DNA of 64,000 bases, taken from NCBI GenBank assembly GCA_963693365.1, contig CAVNZM010000016.1:5572543-5636542 (forward strand), written 5' to 3'. The notes below the pieces were generated by a model. That model ran no database searches and was not told where the DNA came from. It saw only the letters and a list, made by a program, of their open reading frames with translations. Shown in pieces: positions 47,567-64,000 of the stretch (the first letter of the stretch is position 1; the number at the start of each line of letters is the position of its first letter). This DNA is from Amoebidium appalachense. Its lineage: Eukaryota; Protista; Ichthyosporea. The translations under genes were made by a program, and so were the position numbers.

Positions 47567-48180
47567 CTGATAGTAATAATATTGGGTTGGGTGTATTGTT
47601 CTAGGCTAAGCCTTGTGGTTTATACTAATGTAAACTTATCCCAATTAGAATCCTTGTAAACCTATAAGCACGGGTGGCCCAGTATGTAGATATGTATTTT
47701 ATAAAAACGAATTTGATTGGATAGTCCCTTCTACAGATTACAGATATCTCCATATATCCTGGGGTGGATCAGCTGAGCGGCTGTAAATTTGTGATAAATT
47801 GCCACATGTCCACCTGTGTATACTTTGACGTGCATTACGATCCTGCGCATGCGAAGGCCACATGTTGCATGAGAGCTACCTCCCCCCCCCCCCCCCCCCC
47901 CCCCCCCCTGCGCCCCAGGGGCCAATACCCGCACCCCAGCTCTTCTCCTTCGGCCCCCTCACGATTCACCGCCCCGCGCCCTGGCCCCACCCACGCTCTC
48001 GAGATCATGATTTGGGCTTCTTCTTACAACTTGTATTATTCAATAGCTTTTGTCTTCGAACATTACAAATCCTATATCGAGATTGAGCCTCCGTGGTCGG
48101 AATTATAGCTCGCTTAACTTTCGCCATGCCTCCCCCCCCCCCCCCCCCCCCCACACACACACGCACACACACGTGCACAT

Positions 48181-48213
<33 letters not shown>

Positions 48214-48744
48214 AAAATCTTACCTCATTGAGCTAGACCGGCATACCACCCACCCAGGCCCACCTTGGGCCACCACGTGACATGCATGTATGGTATTCAG
48301 CCACACCGTGACCCACCCCATGCCTGAGTGTGTTATTGATTCAGGTGAGTCGAGGTGCCTGCGCTGTACGTGTTGTAAGGCAGCCTTTCCGTTCAAATAG
48401 CACTATTACTCAGTGTACAGCAAGGTAGCTCTGTAACCATGGGCATATTTAATGTAGGAGGCACTAGGCCTAGTTATATTCAAACCGTACATATGCATGT
48501 GCATAAATAGGAGTGCATGCTTATGATGTTTGTGTAAATTCGAAACATCACTCTCACAGTGGTATGACGTCAGTGGGTGGTCTACGTGCATTCGATAGAC
48601 TACCTATAAATAATTTTTGAAGGGCCTTACGTAATCACTCCAGTTCCAGTTCGCTCTTCAAGCCTTCAGCTGGCCAGGCACCAGCTGAGGCTACGTGCAC
48701 AGAAAAGACACTTTGGGAGCAGAAAAATTGCTTAGAAAAACGCC

Positions 48745-59922
<11,178 letters not shown>

Positions 59923-60934
59923 TGTGTAATGCCTTGTTGATGAGGGTGAAATAGCTGCAGGCTTTTGATTCAGAAGGATTCAAGTTGTGGTACGAGGCAT
60001 ATTAGGAGAGGCATTTTGTTTGAAGAAAAACCGTGATGCACGGGTTGATCGTATTGCTGTGGATTGAGAGGGGAGGTGGGGAGGGGGGGGGGGGGGGGGG
60101 GGGAGGACTAGCGAGTCTACGATGCATTTCTTGGTGGAGCTCCCTTGAATCCTCCCCCACTCTCACCTTTAGGTATCCATGTGCTACATTGTGCCATGTA
60201 CCTCGATATATTGATTTATTTTCAGAGTGGGTTTAAAGAGAAGGAGCAGAGCTCTTTTTGTACATACATACATGATAGCTTTTTTTGCTCAAGCTACCGG
60301 CGACAAGGAGGTTACTTGTGAGTATATCAGCTGGAACGCTTAGACCAGTAAACACGGTTCACTCAAAGCAAAAACGTGAGCATCGATGTTCAGTCGAAGC
60401 CAAAGCATGAGAATCTTATGTGTGGGTGCGTGTGAACTGTGAGGACGTGCCGTATACGTAACCGTTTCAATTCTGTGCGGATGGAAACCAGAGTGGAAAC
60501 TATGCCACTCACATTAGGAGTAGTATAAAATTCTTCAATGTTATAATAGGAGTAGAATTAAATTATTCAATATTAGGAAAGAGAAAAATGAGAAGAACAG
60601 TTTTAAAGAGTACAATTAAATCATTCAATAGTAGGAAAGAGTAAAGATGCTTATTTTCGACAAATCATAAAGATATAAGAATGATCTCACTTTGTTTGCT
60701 GTACATGCCCAGTAAATGCCCAGTAATCAGAGAACTGGGCAAATGCCCAGTAATCAGAGAGATGGAAGTTGCATCAGGTAGCTATCGGTTTTTTTTTGTT
60801 TTGTTTTTTTCCTTGTCTTTTTCTTTTTTTTTTCCTGGGGGGAGGGGGGGGGGGGGGGGCGGGAGAGGTGGAAAGGAGGGGGAGGGGAGGAAATTGGGGG
60901 GGGGATCATGGAGGGGAGAGGGGGGAGGGGGGTG

Positions 60935-61058
60935 TTTTGACAACGAAGTACACATTCATAAGCATCGCCACTAGGTATACCGGACAACTGAGTGCAGATG
61001 CAGAGTATGTATACAAACCACACAAAGCGTATATATGATAAGCATAGGAGCCTATCCA
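60935..61058 (-). mobile_element. 5'-truncated copy of the structured repeat in reverse orientation
   Basis: The reverse complement reads ggataggctcctatgcttatcat...tttgtgtggtttg...ctctgcatc...aatgtgtacttcgttgtcaaaacaccccc. Confidence 0.55.
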
Positions 61059-61074
61059 CTTCCGCGCGCGGTGT

Positions 61075-61117
<43 letters not shown>

Positions 61118-61550
61118 TGATCTTAGAAGAGATCGTCCATACTCGAGTTGGCCGAAACAACTTGATGGCTGCAGTGGTTGGCTAAGTTCAGCAGGTGTGA
61201 CGTTAAACTTAGATAGTGTTCTGTACATGTTCCGGTTGGAAAAGTGTGTTATGTATATTGAAGTTGTTGCTTGCAAGGGTGCAATCATTATGGCGGCAGC
61301 ACCAGGCAGCACGAATCAAAAAACGTGCTACACGATGTCTTATTATATTTCCTCCCTCCAGAGTCTCCCAACTTCGAGCTCCCCAGCTTTATCCCTCTGT
61401 TAATCTCAAGATTCTCTCCCCCTCTCTCGAGGCTCCCCTGCTATTTAGTAGAGATATCTGCCTCCATCCGAATCCCTCTCTACATCTCTCTCTCGCTCTC
61501 AGAATGAATTCTATCCCATCTCTCTCCCTCTCCCCCCCACTCTCTCCCAA

Positions 61551-61591
<41 letters not shown>

Positions 61592-61592
61592 C

Positions 61593-61646
<54 letters not shown>

Positions 61647-63635
61647 TCCCCCCCCACCCGCTCCCCCTCCCGCCCCTTAGCCCCACCCCCCCCTTGCTTC
61701 TCTCCCTCTGTCTCTCTCTCTCTCCCTCCCCCCCCCCCCCCCCCCCCTCCCTCCCTCTCTCTTTCTCTCTCTCGCCCTCCCTCCCTCCTCTCCCTTCCCG
61801 TCTCCCCCCCTCCAATAAGGCTCTCTCTCCTCCCCCATCATCTTTCTCACTATTCTCCCTCTATCCCCGGTCCTCTGCCCCATTCCGTTTCCCCACTTTT
61901 TACGAAAATAGAGAGAGAGAGCAGCTGACTCATGCGAAGGGTCACGGGCCGGTGCATGTGTTCAGGAAAGTTCACCACTGCTGGAGGGCTGCACATGTGT
62001 GGGTCACGTTACCGACGCATCCGATTGGCCGGACGCTAACTGTTTGTTATTGTTTCTGGGCTGCTGGCCCTGCAAAAATTTGTTTATCAAAATGATAACA
62101 TGGGAAACACTTATTTCTTCAAGTTTACATGTGATCCTTTAGACATATGTACAAGTTATGATTTATGTTTGTTTTTTGGCTCGGTTTTAAATTGGGAGTA
62201 ATAATGGAGCACGCGTTGATAATCTACTCAGTGTTTGGCCCTCATTGCTGAGGCACATGGGCGGTTTATGTTATCACCCCATGATCACGCAAACATTGCC
62301 AATAAAACAAAACCCTTTTAAAGTATATCTTGGAAATATCCATTCTCAACGGTCTCAATGATTTATAATATAGCTTGACTTAGGCGAGCTCACGACGGTA
62401 ACAGTGCTCTGTCCCGATAAGAAGATCTGGTAGAAAAATTTGTTAAGCAATTTACTTGATTTTCAGCACTTCAAGGTCAAGTTAAGGCACATGCCACTTG
62501 TAGAGGGTTTGGCGCGGGTCGCCGGGCGGTTACCTGCAGGTTGGGATAGCTCAAATTTGCAAACAGAACACCTGTAAATTCCAGTTATATACAAACGTGA
62601 CAAAACTATTTACATGAGTCGAAGCATCACACGAATCATTATGCTAAAGTGCAATAAAATATATCGATACCAATAGACAACTGTTTCACAATTTCATGCC
62701 ACGAGTCGTCTGATTATTCTCTACAAGTAGGCATTGTATTGGTTTGCACTGAAATGTACAGCTGAGGCAACTGCGAGGTTGCACATTTTCACGCGAACTC
62801 TATGCTAGTCGGATCCTATTGGTGATAAATCACACGTTTATACGAGTGACCTGTAAACTGTCCTGTTTATACATATGTGTGATACACCACCAATCGTTGA
62901 AAGCATTGGGAATTTAGAATTTTTTGGACGCTGTCACTTAGGAAGTGCGCAATAATTTTGGCATCTTTATTTCAATTCGCCATTACAGAACAATAAAAGC
63001 ACTTTAGATTGCTTTTTCTCTTTGAAAACGTTGTTTTCCTCATACATAAGAAACTGTCGTTACCAAAATGTGTGTAATGTGAACGGAACCGTCCCTTGGC
63101 GCTGAAATGCTGACGCAGGCAGAAGCCAATCATTATGCGCCTATCTGACCTTCCCAGATGCCGCCATGTTGAATCACGTGCCCACATCTGTCGTTCAGCG
63201 ATTTTGCTGTGTATTTTTTTTAAAGCGTGGCGTGCGAACCGACACAGAATTCGGTGTTGCGTGGGTTCGGTTGTAGGTAGCGGCGGGGTGGTATACGTGA
63301 GAGAAGAGGTAGCTTCTAAGGTTTTTTGGATGTGTTGGTTTGTGTGGAGTTATATGCTGGTTAGTTTTTGCCGCTAACAATTGAAAAGTGTGCCACTGGC
63401 CATCCTTAGGTTGGTGTGTCGGTTTTAACTAATTTCGGCATTTTAACATCTTGTCACCTTTTCTTGCGTTTATCCGCCGTTGTCTTGACTCCGCACCCCC
63501 ACCCGCACACCAAGTCATCACGCCAACTGCTTGGTGATAGTCGTTCTCATACCGTACCTAGTCCCAACTGAACCTATATAGTCCTCCGGTTAATTTTCAA
63601 GGCTTGTTCGATAGAGGCAGTGTCAAAGTTAAAGA

Positions 63636-63717
63636 ATGGCAGGGACAACAACCAAGTTGAAAAAGGGACTCCGTTCCCCTCGCTCCACTAGTCCTGGGAG
63701 GCAGCTGAGCTTTACTG
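63636..63717 (+). CDS. Probable first coding exon of a downstream gene (MAGTTTKLKKGLRSPRSTSPGRQLSFT)
   Basis: ATG in a reasonable context (agaATGG) and a strong donor G|gtgagt. CCAAT-containing, microsatellite-free sequence lies upstream. No homology recognised. Confidence 0.4.
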
Positions 63718-64000
63718 GTGAGTGTGAAAGGACGTGTGTGTGTGGCTGCATGTGTTAACCTATTTATTTAAATTTGGCGCTTGGAGATGTAAGGTTGAAA
63801 GTAACATGTTGCATCTTTGTGGTGCAAAGTTGCTTATCTCTTTGTAAGAGGTTGTATCTTAGGTATGTGTGTGAACGGTTTCAGGGGAGTGAGGTATGAC
63901 GACAACGTTTTAACTGTCGGTGCATGACGGGCTGTTTTACTTTTGGTGTTTTTCAATTTTTGCTTTGAGGCTGGGGGGGGGGGAGGGGAAAGAGAGGGGG

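Noticed and set aside
61052-61403. Non-repetitive ORFs downstream of PRP4
   Set aside because: No recognisable domain or consistent splice model on either strand.

Overview
Eukaryotic nuclear DNA from an intron-rich, non-animal genome. It carries a type IIIA plasma-membrane H+-ATPase, so a protist or unicellular opisthokont is likely (inference only). Most of the six-frame ORF track is noise from poly(C)/poly(G) tracts and (CA)n/(GT)n microsatellites. Manual splicing recovers: the 5' end of an H+-ATPase gene (minus strand, runs off the window start); a 6-exon unknown coiled-coil protein gene; an 8-exon DHRS7B-like short-chain dehydrogenase with a GC-AG intron; an intronless bZIP gene divergent from a 5-exon universal stress protein gene; an 11-exon PRP4 kinase gene; and a probable first exon of another gene at the right end. 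The 1-20 kb region is repeat-rich, with a PIF/Harbinger-type MITE, a LINE reverse-transcriptase relic and tandem duplications. The most interesting signal is a dispersed ~320-400 bp element, present in two subfamilies plus many 5'-truncated copies that typically end at a poly(C) tract. Its ~160-nt core folds on the + strand into covarying, pseudoknotted helices that match no ribozyme or RNA family I can recall, making it a candidate structured-RNA (possibly ribozyme-bearing) SINE-like retroposon. Other oddities are repeated 'echo' copies of exon edges inside introns, (CA)n-led 3' splice sites, a PRP4 kinase lacking its activation-loop tyrosine, and four +1 frameshifts at homopolymers that are probably assembly errors.
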